This document shows positions 42,138 to 50,774 of a stretch of DNA of 52,936 bases, piece by piece. Location of the stretch: IMG/VR virus record IMGVR_UViG_3300045988_058324; one strand, 5' to 3'. The position numbers were made by a program, and so were the translations under genes. The notes under the pieces are model-generated. The model searched no databases. It was given only the letters and a program-made list of their open reading frames with translations, and was not told the origin of the DNA. Position 1 is the stretch's first letter; each line of letters opens with the position of its first letter. The DNA is from a virus.

Positions 42138-44462
42138 ATGGCAGAAGGAGATGGCAAGGTTGTAATTGATACTGAACTAGATTCCTCTGGGGCTAAAGAT
42201 GGCGTTAAGGGATTAAGTTCCTCTATTGCTTCCTCAGCTGGAGGAGCAGTTAAGAGTATAGCTAAAATAGGCACAGCAGCTGTAGCAGCAGGTGCAACAG
42301 CAACAGCTGCATTAGTTAAATCATCCGTGGATGCTTATGCTTCATATGAACAGCTAAGCGGCGGAATTGAAACACTTTTTGGGGCTGGTGGTCAATCAGC
42401 TAAAGAGTACGCTAAGTCCGTTGGAAAAAGCACAGAGGAAGCAAAAAAAGACTATCAACAGCTTATGAATGCTCAGAATATAGCTTTGAAGAATGCCGAT
42501 AAAGCATATAAGACAGCTGGTATGTCAGCGAATGATTATATGGAGACGGTTACAAGTTTCGCCGCATCTTTAAAACAGAGTACAAAGAATGAAACTGAAG
42601 CAGCAACCGCAGCAGACCAGATTGTTACGGATATGTCAGATAATGCCAATAAGATGGGTACTGATATGGAAATGATACAGAACGCCTATAATGGATTTTC
42701 TAAGCAGAACTATACGATGCTCGACAACCTGAAGTTGGGATACGGTGGAACTCAAGAGGAAATGAAACGATTATTGGAAGACGCTGGAAAATTATCAGGG
42801 CAGAAATATGAGTTAGGAAACCTCAAGGATATGGCAGAAGCTATTCACGTTGTACAGACCGAAATGGGAATCACTGGTACGACAGCAAAAGAAGCTAGTA
42901 CAACTATTGAAGGTTCAGTGAACTCCGCTAAAGCTGCTTGGACTAACCTCGTATCAGGAATGTCTCAAGATGATGCTGATATGGGTAAATTAATAAACGA
43001 ATTCATTGAATCCGTTGGGGTAGCTGCTGGGAACATACTTCCAAGAATTGAACAGGCTTTAACGGGTGTTGGAACTCTTATATCAACACTAATGCCTAAG
43101 ATTATGGCTCAACTGCCAGGATTCTTGGAAAAAGTTTTACCTCAACTACTTACATCTGGTGCGAACATTGTGGTTACACTTGTTCAGGGAATTGTTAGTG
43201 CCATTCCGACATTATTGGCTATGATACCTACGATTCTAACCCAAGTCGGAGAAACCTTAGTAACAGCTTTTCCTCAGTTACTTAATTCTTTAATAACGGT
43301 TGGAACTCAGTTAGTATCATTCATACTTGAAAATTTTCCTACATTAATGGATAGTATAACAGAAGGTCTTAATAGTCCAATGCTGGAAAAAATCCTAGCA
43401 ATGGGCATTACTTTTCAGCAGAACATTATACAGGCACTTATGCAGAGTTTGCCAACACTATTAGAATCTTTGATTAATTTACTTACACAAGTCATAGATG
43501 TCATACTACAGCAAATACCAATGATTGTGAATTTAGGGTTACAGCTAATCGTAGGATTGGCAAATGGATTACTTCAAGCTATACCTACATTAATTCAAGC
43601 AATACCACCACTTATAACATCATTAGTAAATGGATTACTTGATTGTATACCTAGTATCATAAATGCTGGTGTTAGACTTATAGGGGCATTAGTTGATAAT
43701 TTACCTGAAATAATCAGCACTATTGTTGCAGTTATTCCAGAGATTATAACTAACTTGCTTAATGCCATACTTAACCATTTACCTATGATTGTGAATGCTG
43801 GGTTCAAACTTATAACGTCTCTTGTAAAGGCTTTGCCACGAATTATAGTTACTATTGTTACGGCAATACCTAAGATTATAACTGGTATTATTGGAGCCCT
43901 CGTCAAAGCAGTACCTAAGATTATTAAAACTGGTGTAATTTTATTAGTTGCACTAATTAAGAATTTACCTGAAATAATAAAAAATATTGTAAAGGCAATC
44001 CCTAAAATTATTAAAGCTATAGTGGAAGGAATCGGCGGATTCGTTAAAGATATGGGAGAATGTGGTTTAAACCTCATCAAAGGTCTATGGAACGGTATTA
44101 AGGATGCAGGTGCGTGGCTTAGGGACAAAATATCTGGTTTCTTCGGTGGTGTAGTAGATAGTATCAAAGATTTCTTTGGAATAGCATCTCCTTCAAAACT
44201 TATGAGAGACCAAGTTGGTAAGTTTATTGCTCAAGGTATATGGGTAGGCTTCCAAGAGGAAGACCCTATGGACCAGATTAATAGAGACCTTAGGTACGGA
44301 ATGAAGAAATTAGATAATACTATGACATTGAGTGGCGGATATTATAATGGATTTAATTATGACGAATTCGGTAGAGCTACTGTCGATGCATTCGTGGAAT
44401 CTAATATTGGGGTATCAGTAGGTTCACGACAATTCGGAAGATTAGTTAGGGGGGTTCAATAA
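42138..44462 (+). CDS. Tape measure protein
   Basis: 774 aa. Long hydrophobic helical repeats (…LPEIIKNIVKAIPKIIKAIVEG…, AIPTLIQAIPPLITSLV…) and the position are typical. Confidence 0.85.
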   Translation: MAEGDGKVVIDTELDSSGAKDGVKGLSSSIASSAGGAVKSIAKIGTAAVAAGATATAALVKSSVDAYASYEQLSGGIETLFGAGGQSAKEYAKSVGKSTEEAKKDYQQLMNAQNIALKNADKAYKTAGMSANDYMETVTSFAASLKQSTKNETEAATAADQIVTDMSDNANKMGTDMEMIQNAYNGFSKQNYTMLDNLKLGYGGTQEEMKRLLEDAGKLSGQKYELGNLKDMAEAIHVVQTEMGITGTTAKEASTTIEGSVNSAKAAWTNLVSGMSQDDADMGKLINEFIESVGVAAGNILPRIEQALTGVGTLISTLMPKIMAQLPGFLEKVLPQLLTSGANIVVTLVQGIVSAIPTLLAMIPTILTQVGETLVTAFPQLLNSLITVGTQLVSFILENFPTLMDSITEGLNSPMLEKILAMGITFQQNIIQALMQSLPTLLESLINLLTQVIDVILQQIPMIVNLGLQLIVGLANGLLQAIPTLIQAIPPLITSLVNGLLDCIPSIINAGVRLIGALVDNLPEIISTIVAVIPEIITNLLNAILNHLPMIVNAGFKLITSLVKALPRIIVTIVTAIPKIITGIIGALVKAVPKIIKTGVILLVALIKNLPEIIKNIVKAIPKIIKAIVEGIGGFVKDMGECGLNLIKGLWNGIKDAGAWLRDKISGFFGGVVDSIKDFFGIASPSKLMRDQVGKFIAQGIWVGFQEEDPMDQINRDLRYGMKKLDNTMTLSGGYYNGFNYDEFGRATVDAFVESNIGVSVGSRQFGRLVRGVQ

Positions 44463-45307
44463 TGCAGATTTATTACCAAAATGGAAAAGGCGAAAAATTA
44501 AGTCTAACGAGCTATCCTTATCTTATGCTAACGGACACTGATTTATTTGATTATTCTTGGTCTAATACAACAAAGGGAACAATATTCCCTCGTATTAGTG
44601 CCTTTAAAAGAAGTATGGTTCCAAAAAAGATAAGCATAAGAGTGAAAGGTAACACGGATGAGGAATATCTCAGAAATATTCAGAGATTAACGGAATTTTT
44701 TGATGCAGATATTTTTAATCTCACAATGGGGAGATTATATGTAGGCGAATATTATATCGACTGCTACATACATAGTAGCACTAAAAAATCTAAATATCTA
44801 TTGGTTAATGCCACAACCGTGGAATTTAACTTAATCAGTCCTGATGGTAACTGGAAGACCTCACATCTTTATAGTTTTGGGGATACCCAGAAAGATGATG
44901 AGATTGAAACAGCTGGTGCTGTATTAGATTACCCTTACGACTATACATACGACTTAGGAGCCAGCCCTGATTTCAGTACACTAAAACAGAGAAGCTATGC
45001 TCCTTCACATTTTAGATTGACAATCTATGGACCGTGTGCTAACCCTTTAATTAGGATAGGTGATTGGAATTATGGTGTGTTAAGTACTGCCATAAATAGT
45101 GATGAAAAAATCATCATTGATTCAATTCACAAAAAAATATGGAAAGAAAATATATCAGGTGAAAAAGAGAATTTATTTTCTCAAAGATTACAAGATTTTT
45201 ATGCTTTCGAAAAAATTGCACCTGGAACTCAGATTGTAGGATGGAACGGAACATTTAAGTTTGACATAGAACTATATGAGGATAGGAGTGAACCTTTATG
45301 GATTTAA
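44462..45307 (+). CDS. Distal tail protein (Dit-like)
   Basis: 281 aa, immediately after the tape measure with an ATGA-type junction. Confidence 0.6.
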   Translation: MQIYYQNGKGEKLSLTSYPYLMLTDTDLFDYSWSNTTKGTIFPRISAFKRSMVPKKISIRVKGNTDEEYLRNIQRLTEFFDADIFNLTMGRLYVGEYYIDCYIHSSTKKSKYLLVNATTVEFNLISPDGNWKTSHLYSFGDTQKDDEIETAGAVLDYPYDYTYDLGASPDFSTLKQRSYAPSHFRLTIYGPCANPLIRIGDWNYGVLSTAINSDEKIIIDSIHKKIWKENISGEKENLFSQRLQDFYAFEKIAPGTQIVGWNGTFKFDIELYEDRSEPLWI

Positions 45308-47241
45308 TTTATACAGATGCTAATAGAGTTGAACAAGGAATATTGTTACAGTATAATTTAGATACAGCATTCGGTAAATCTGAAAATGACTTCGAATTAA
45401 AAGTTCCTATTGAAGATGTAGTATTACAGCCATCTGGGTTCATTTATATCCCTGATACTCAGTATGGTGGGATTATTGATACCATAAGTCCTAGCACATC
45501 AACTCAGGATTTGACTTATTCAGGTAGAACGTGGCACGGAATACTTGATAGCAAGATTGTAACCCCACCTAAAGGATATGATTATTTAATGTTGAATGGT
45601 GATGCTAACTATATTCTCAGAACCTTATTAAGTCAATATGGATTAAGTAGCTTATTTGAGGGTAATATAGAAGATAGTGGAATTGAAATAGATGGATATG
45701 CTTTTCCTAGATATGCTTCTTGGTATCAAGGCGTCAGAATGATGTTATACTCAGTAGGTGCTAAATTAGATATTAAATATTCAAGCAAATCACAGAAAGT
45801 CCTTATATCGGCAGTTCCATTAGTTGATTATAGTATGGATGAGGAGTGGGATTCAAGTGATTTCGCAATGACAATAAAAAAGCATTTTAACCCAGTGAAT
45901 CATTTATACTGCTTAGGTTCTGGAAGTCTTGAAGACCGCTTTGTTATTGAACTATTCACAGATGAATATGGAACCTTACAATCTTATACTAAGGTTGATA
46001 ATCCAATTAAGGATTCACAGTATATTCGTAATGCTAGTCAAAAAGTGCTCACAGGTATACGTGAAAATTGTGCCATATATAATAACGAATCCGCACAGAC
46101 TACTGAAAACTATGAATTGCAGACGAAACGTCCGAAGAACTGGAATGACCCATATGTCTATACACAGTATTATACTTATGATGCTTATGAGAAGAACTAC
46201 GTGCAGAATGAGCGAGAGTTTAAGGAGACATATGAGTTACTATCCAATAAGCCATTAGACTGGAACTGGAACTATTCTGAATATTATTATAAAGAGAAGG
46301 GTTCAGAAGGAGATGATGCTTATAAAAATTTAGACGAGAATTATGTACATAAGGATGTAAATTATGTCAAGATTAATGATATGCCAAAGGGCTGGAGAAA
46401 GAATTATTCTAACTATTATTATAAATATTCAGATGGGTTAAGTATTACTTATAAGCCTATTGAAACAGTCAAGAAGTCCGTACATAGAAAACTCAAATAT
46501 CGTCCATCTGATTGGAAATCCAATAAGGGAAATTACTATGTACATATCAAACACTACGAATACACCTACGAGTTGAAGATGCTAGACCCTAAGGATATTA
46601 CAGTGTGGCGTACATATATAGTTAAAACACGTTCCAAAATGTCAGCAGCTGATATGAAAAAATCTAAGGCTAAACAGATTGGAAAAAGAAAACTGGTTAA
46701 ATCTGAATTTGTTAAGATTTCTGACCTAGTGAAAAACCCTGAGAAGTATATAGACCAGAGACCTGTTCCTGATGTTAGAATGTCAGATTTCAGTTCGTGG
46801 TCGAAGAGTAAGTGGCGTCCATTTTATACACAGATTTCAGTGGACAAAGCTCCAAAGTACGTGGACGGAAAATACTATTATAAAAATGAAGTGCTTAGCA
46901 GTCCTGATTGGGTCAAGGATAAATACTATGCTAAGACAAATTTGGAGATTATTCCAAAGTTTACTTCAGGTATGTACTACTTGAAAGTACAGGATAACTA
47001 TGCTGAACTTGTAGCTGGTGGAATTGAACAGCTTAAGCAGTATTGGAGCTTAGATACTTGTGAAAGCTCTTTTGGTCCAGATGAAGAGTACTATGATGTC
47101 GGGGACATTGTAGGTGCTACAGAACCAAGAACAAATATATCTATAACTTCACCAATAACTAAAAAGATTGTAAATATAGATGACGGTGAGTTATCTGTTC
47201 AATATGAGTTAGGTGATGATAACGAATTAACTAATTATTAG
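45298..47241 (+). CDS. Tail-tip / minor structural protein (Tal-like N-terminus) with internal aromatic repeats
   Basis: The N-terminus MDLIYTDANRVEQGIL...FGKSENDFELKVP matches the minor-structural-protein N-terminal pattern. The central region has P-x-x-W...YY repeats. Confidence 0.6.
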   Translation: MDLIYTDANRVEQGILLQYNLDTAFGKSENDFELKVPIEDVVLQPSGFIYIPDTQYGGIIDTISPSTSTQDLTYSGRTWHGILDSKIVTPPKGYDYLMLNGDANYILRTLLSQYGLSSLFEGNIEDSGIEIDGYAFPRYASWYQGVRMMLYSVGAKLDIKYSSKSQKVLISAVPLVDYSMDEEWDSSDFAMTIKKHFNPVNHLYCLGSGSLEDRFVIELFTDEYGTLQSYTKVDNPIKDSQYIRNASQKVLTGIRENCAIYNNESAQTTENYELQTKRPKNWNDPYVYTQYYTYDAYEKNYVQNEREFKETYELLSNKPLDWNWNYSEYYYKEKGSEGDDAYKNLDENYVHKDVNYVKINDMPKGWRKNYSNYYYKYSDGLSITYKPIETVKKSVHRKLKYRPSDWKSNKGNYYVHIKHYEYTYELKMLDPKDITVWRTYIVKTRSKMSAADMKKSKAKQIGKRKLVKSEFVKISDLVKNPEKYIDQRPVPDVRMSDFSSWSKSKWRPFYTQISVDKAPKYVDGKYYYKNEVLSSPDWVKDKYYAKTNLEIIPKFTSGMYYLKVQDNYAELVAGGIEQLKQYWSLDTCESSFGPDEEYYDVGDIVGATEPRTNISITSPITKKIVNIDDGELSVQYELGDDNELTNY

Positions 47242-47252
47242 GAGGTAAGAAT

Positions 47253-48089
47253 ATGGGATTAGAATTAGTCACAGGGTACGCAGGGAAACCACATATAACA
47301 GCTCATCAAGATGCTATAATCAATGCATTAATAACAGGAACTGGGAAGTATGTAATAGGGATTGGAAATATGTTCAAGTATGCTATCAACAGCAACACAT
47401 CAATACGAATCAATGATGGATATGCTATCAATCAAGGCAGATTGATAGGAATGGGTTATCACGACTACGAGGACATTCCAATTAATGTAGGCATATCTGG
47501 AAATAAGCGAAGCGACATCATAGGAATTAAATACAGCAAGGATTTTTCTACTGGTATTGAGAAAGCAGAATTTTCGGTCGTTACAGGAACAGCTGGTGAA
47601 GATTATGTTGACCCACCATATTCAGTAGGTGATATACTTGTCACAGATGCTGTAGATGATTTTATGCCACTTTATAGAATTAAGATAGATGGGTTGAATA
47701 TTCAAGCCATACAACCATTATTTCTAAAATGGTATCCAGAGCAATCAAGAGAAGATTTAATTATAATTGAAAATTTCAATAAAGCTTCAGGTCCACCTGA
47801 AGAGTTTCTTGAGCCATTCAGTATAAGATTAAGCGGAACAAGTGTTAAATTAGAGGGCGTACAGTATGGAATGATTGGGAAGGATGCAACTCATCCAACA
47901 AGACTTACAATGCCTCACGAACTCGCACCTAAGACAACCTATAGTTGGAAAGAAAGTTTGAAATATAGAGACACTGAATACATAGTCTACTATGAGATAA
48001 ATCATTCAGGCATTCTAACTATATATGGAAATATACCGAATCCGATTTTTTTAAGGCTCAGAGATATTCCTGCCTGGCACATTGACTAA
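47253..48089 (+). CDS. Putative receptor-binding / tail fibre-associated protein
   Basis: Last structural ORF before lysis. The N-terminal GKPHITAHQDAIINALITG motif is seen in Firmicutes phage distal tail proteins. Confidence 0.45.
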   Translation: MGLELVTGYAGKPHITAHQDAIINALITGTGKYVIGIGNMFKYAINSNTSIRINDGYAINQGRLIGMGYHDYEDIPINVGISGNKRSDIIGIKYSKDFSTGIEKAEFSVVTGTAGEDYVDPPYSVGDILVTDAVDDFMPLYRIKIDGLNIQAIQPLFLKWYPEQSREDLIIIENFNKASGPPEEFLEPFSIRLSGTSVKLEGVQYGMIGKDATHPTRLTMPHELAPKTTYSWKESLKYRDTEYIVYYEINHSGILTIYGNIPNPIFLRLRDIPAWHID

Positions 48090-48142
48090 TTGTAATTTAT
48101 TTATGTTTATGTTAATATTGTAATTAATAAGGAGGTGCTACT

Positions 48143-48340
48143 ATGAAATTAAGCAAAATAACAAAGAAACAGATTATTGATATTCTTATAAGAACTGGAA
48201 AGACATTTATAGCTGCAGGTATTGTAGCTGTTCAGGCTTTAGGTAATGTTGACGCAAAGACAGCTATCATAGCTTTTGGTTCTGCAGGTTTAACTGCTAT
48301 ATGGAATTTAATAATTAAAGCATTCACGGAGGAAGAATAA
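48143..48340 (+). CDS. Holin
   Basis: 65 aa with two hydrophobic segments (FIAAGIVAVQALG, AIIAFGSAGLTAIWNLII) and a charged C-terminus. The stop abuts the endolysin ATG. Confidence 0.7.
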   Translation: MKLSKITKKQIIDILIRTGKTFIAAGIVAVQALGNVDAKTAIIAFGSAGLTAIWNLIIKAFTEEE

Positions 48341-49066
48341 ATGGGATATAAGAATTTCAAACAGAAAGATGTTAAATGGTGTAAAAACTATTATTCAGGT
48401 GGTACTATTTCAGCACAAGGTTGTGGTCCAACATCTATAGCAGATGCAGTATATGATTTAGTTCCATCTATTACACCAGCCAAAACAGCAAAATGGATGG
48501 AAGATAATGGATGTAGCTGTCACGGATCTGGTACATATTATTCAGGTATGGTCAAGGCATTGAAGCATTATGGTTATTCTGATTCTGTACAGTTAAACTA
48601 TACTTCTTTATATGGAAAGAAAAATGCAGCAGTTGTCACAGATTTCCTTAAGAAGATTAGAACAGACAAGTACATTGGTATAGCCTGTATGGGCAAGAGC
48701 ATCTGGACTACATCAGGTCACTATGTCTTTGTCCGTGAAGTAACTAAAGACCACATTTACATCTATGACCCTTGGAGTAGCAGGTCTGAATGTGAAAAGA
48801 CAACAAGAGATAAATGGGAGAGGTATGTGAAATATTTATTCCTTATTAAGAAACCAGTTAAGAAGGTGAAGACCACAGTTAAGAAAGTGGTTGTAAGAAA
48901 AGAACCTAAAATATTAGCAAAGACAAAGAAAATCGCAAAATTACCAAAGAATACTGTTGTAGCTTTAGGACAAACCAAAAAAGTAAATAAAACTGAGTAT
49001 GGCAAGATAATGGGTGGAAAGTACGACGGCAAATGGATAAGACTCAAAAGAACTAAGGAGATTTAA
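48341..49066 (+). CDS. Endolysin: C39-like/papain-fold cysteine peptidase domain + SH3-like cell-wall-binding domain
   Basis: SAQGCGPTSIADA (nucleophile Cys), TSGHYVFV (His), K-rich linker, and a C-terminal VVVRKEPK...GKWIRLK SH3-like segment. Confidence 0.75.
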   Translation: MGYKNFKQKDVKWCKNYYSGGTISAQGCGPTSIADAVYDLVPSITPAKTAKWMEDNGCSCHGSGTYYSGMVKALKHYGYSDSVQLNYTSLYGKKNAAVVTDFLKKIRTDKYIGIACMGKSIWTTSGHYVFVREVTKDHIYIYDPWSSRSECEKTTRDKWERYVKYLFLIKKPVKKVKTTVKKVVVRKEPKILAKTKKIAKLPKNTVVALGQTKKVNKTEYGKIMGGKYDGKWIRLKRTKEI

Positions 49067-49070
49067 AAAA

Positions 49071-49331
49071 TTGATAGAGATAATCGTAGCTTTGATTACT
49101 TGTGGCGGAACTATAATTGGCGTGTGGTTACAAAACCAACGTCATAATAAGGAGATTACAGCGTTAATAGAATACAGAGTGAGCAAACTTGAAGAGAAGC
49201 AAGACAAGCATAATAATATGATTGAACGTGTCTATCAGCTTGAAGGTGCTGTAGAATTATTAGATAATAAAATTAAATCAAGTAACTACAGAATAAAAGA
49301 TTTAGAGGAGGACGCAAAAGATGGAAGATAA
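49071..49331 (+). CDS. XhlA-like membrane/coiled-coil lysis accessory protein
   Basis: TTG start. N-terminal TM IEIIVALITCGGTIIGVWL, then the coiled coil YRVSKLEEKQDKHNNMIERVYQLEG. Confidence 0.5.
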   Translation: MIEIIVALITCGGTIIGVWLQNQRHNKEITALIEYRVSKLEEKQDKHNNMIERVYQLEGAVELLDNKIKSSNYRIKDLEEDAKDGR

Positions 49332-49560
49332 TACATTAGCAATGGAACTTCTACATCAGCTTAAATCAAATATGCGAAAATGGTTCATCGCATTTATAAT
49401 TGTGTTGATTATGTTTTTCGCTAGTAATATCGCTTGGTTGTATGCTTGGAATCTACCAACGGAAAACACAACTACTACTTATGATGCTGATAGTGAGGAT
49501 AATGGTAACGCTATAATTAATGATGAAGGAGAGGTTAGTATAGATGGCGAGAGCAATTAA
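49321..49560 (+). CDS. Small membrane protein (second holin-like or lysis regulator)
   Basis: TM WFIAFIIVLIMFFASNIAWLYAW followed by an acidic tail. ORF track. Confidence 0.5.
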   Translation: MEDNTLAMELLHQLKSNMRKWFIAFIIVLIMFFASNIAWLYAWNLPTENTTTTYDADSEDNGNAIINDEGEVSIDGESN

Positions 49561-49654
49561 AACTGTTAGAGTTGTTGTCAGACGTACAAGACGACCACCT
49601 CACCGTTCTGGAGCGACTAATAGAAATAGGAACAGACGGAGGAGAAGAAGATGA
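49544..49654 (+). CDS. Arginine-rich 36-aa peptide (15 Arg), missed by the ORF track
   Basis: ATG after GAAGGAGAGG. MARAIKTVRVVVRRTRRPPHRSGATNRNRNRRRRRR. ATGA overlap with the next gene. The purine-rich 3' end doubles as that gene's RBS. Confidence 0.35.
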   Translation: MARAIKTVRVVVRRTRRPPHRSGATNRNRNRRRRRR

Positions 49655-49851
49655 TTATATCAGATTTCACAGCACCTGAGTTGGACTACTTACGACAGAA
49701 CTGCAACTTCGTGAATCTGGAACGTGACTTATTCGAGATGCGAAGTTCAGGCGAAACACTTGAGACCATAGCTGATAAATTCTGTATATCTATTGATTAT
49801 GCCCGACGCATAAGCCAAAAAGTAAACAAGAAGATTATTAAGGTTCTTTAA
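49651..49851 (+). CDS. Small sigma-70 region-4-like HTH protein (candidate late transcription regulator)
   Basis: LERDLFEMRSSGETLETIADKFCISIDYARRISQKVNKKI follows the region-4 / LuxR-type HTH pattern. Confidence 0.6.
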   Translation: MIISDFTAPELDYLRQNCNFVNLERDLFEMRSSGETLETIADKFCISIDYARRISQKVNKKIIKVL

Positions 49852-49856
49852 TCCCT

Positions 49857-49886
49857 TACATTTTTACTACATTTTTACTACATTTA
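49857..49886. repeat. 11-bp tandem repeat TACATTTTTAC x2.7
   Basis: 49857-49867 and 49868-49878 are identical, with a partial third unit. Lies immediately before the terminator. Confidence 0.6.
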
Positions 49887-49913
49887 AGACACATTGTATA
49901 ATGTGTCTTTTTT
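49886..49913 (+). terminator. Rho-independent terminator
   Basis: AAGACACATT-GTAT-AATGTGTCTT followed by TTTTTT. Confidence 0.85.
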
Positions 49914-49921
49914 GTTACAAT
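49894..49921 (+). promoter_or_regulatory. Possible promoter overlapping the terminator (extended -10)
   Basis: TTGTAT (49894-49899), 16 bp ending TGT, TACAAT (49916-49921). Confidence 0.4.
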
Positions 49922-49955
49922 TTAAGTATAACAAGAGAGAAAGGAGGGCTGGTAT

Positions 49956-50081
49956 ATGAACAGAGAGTTTTTAGAATTATTAATTCAACATAAAGCTCTG
50001 CAGGATATACCAGTCCTTCATATTATAAAGGTACTTGTAGCAGTGCTAGAAATAAAAGAGGAGCAAAATGAACAGAAATGA
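49956..50081 (+). CDS. Small ORF (41 aa), missed by the ORF track
   Basis: ATG after AAAGGAGGG. MNREFLELLIQHKALQDIPVLHIIKVLVAVLEIKEEQNEQK. Confidence 0.4.
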   Translation: MNREFLELLIQHKALQDIPVLHIIKVLVAVLEIKEEQNEQK

Positions 50082-50158
50082 CATATATAGGCTAGAACCA
50101 GTTATTCTAACTAAGGGATTGCTTATATTTAATGATTATATCAGAAAGGAGTTTGGAA

Positions 50159-50578
50159 ATGGCAATGATGAATACAAATCCATTGATGGTAAACAGTCCA
50201 TACACACTGAACAACCCAATGAACACACCTAACCCTTATATGAATAATTATAACGCGATGCAGAATCAGATGAGTAACAATCTTATAAGAGTGACAGGAA
50301 TGGATGGGGCTAAGGCGTATCAGATGCAACCTAACAGCACAGTCGCTTTATTTGACAGTAGTGAAGATGTAATGTATATAAAGTCTACGGATGGAGCAGG
50401 ATTTCCAACAATTAGGACTTTTGGATTTGCCCCAATAGAACAGCCTACTAATCAAGGTAACGACTTTATTAGCAGAGCAGAATTTGAGCAATTTAAGCAG
50501 GAGGTGTTAGATAATGGCAAGCAGCTTATTTCAGAATCAAAATCCATTAAATCAAATAAACTCACAAATACTAAATAA
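50159..50578 (+). CDS. Hypothetical protein: N/M/P-rich low-complexity N-terminus + small beta-rich domain
   Basis: ATG 50159 after AGAAAGGAG (track start 50132). NTNPLMVNSPYTLNNPMNTPNPYMNNYNAMQNQMSNN, then LIRVTGMDGAKAYQMQPNSTVALFD. Confidence 0.55.
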   Translation: MAMMNTNPLMVNSPYTLNNPMNTPNPYMNNYNAMQNQMSNNLIRVTGMDGAKAYQMQPNSTVALFDSSEDVMYIKSTDGAGFPTIRTFGFAPIEQPTNQGNDFISRAEFEQFKQEVLDNGKQLISESKSIKSNKLTNTK

Positions 50579-50726
50579 AGCTAAAAATATGATGAATAAT
50601 ATGGGTGAGGTTAAGAATGTTATGTCAATGCTACAAGGAAAAGGGATGAATGCAGAACAGATGGTAAGAAACATCTGTAAGCAACAAGGAATTGACGTGG
50701 ACGAATTTATGAAAATGTTAAAATAA
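50514..50726 (+). CDS. Hypothetical N/M/Q-rich protein (70 aa)
   Basis: ATG after GCAGGAGG. Overlaps the upstream ORF by 65 nt in the +1 frame. Confidence 0.5.
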   Translation: MASSLFQNQNPLNQINSQILNKAKNMMNNMGEVKNVMSMLQGKGMNAEQMVRNICKQQGIDVDEFMKMLK

Positions 50727-50774
50727 GGAATTTGCAAATTCATATAAATTAAAATTAATGAAAGGAGATTCGCT

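Noticed and set aside
43595-44167. 190-aa minus-strand ORF
   Set aside because: It lies entirely antisense to the tape measure gene. Its low-complexity sequence mirrors the TMP helical repeats. It has no RBS or promoter, so it is an artefact of repetitive AT-rich coding sequence.
45929-46984. Nested + strand ORFs 45929..46258 and 46772..46984 (also 40815..41006, 3478..3717 and 7899..8099 elsewhere)
   Set aside because: They are out-of-frame ORFs embedded in longer, motif-supported genes, with no RBS. Such ORFs are typical by-products of AT-rich sequence.
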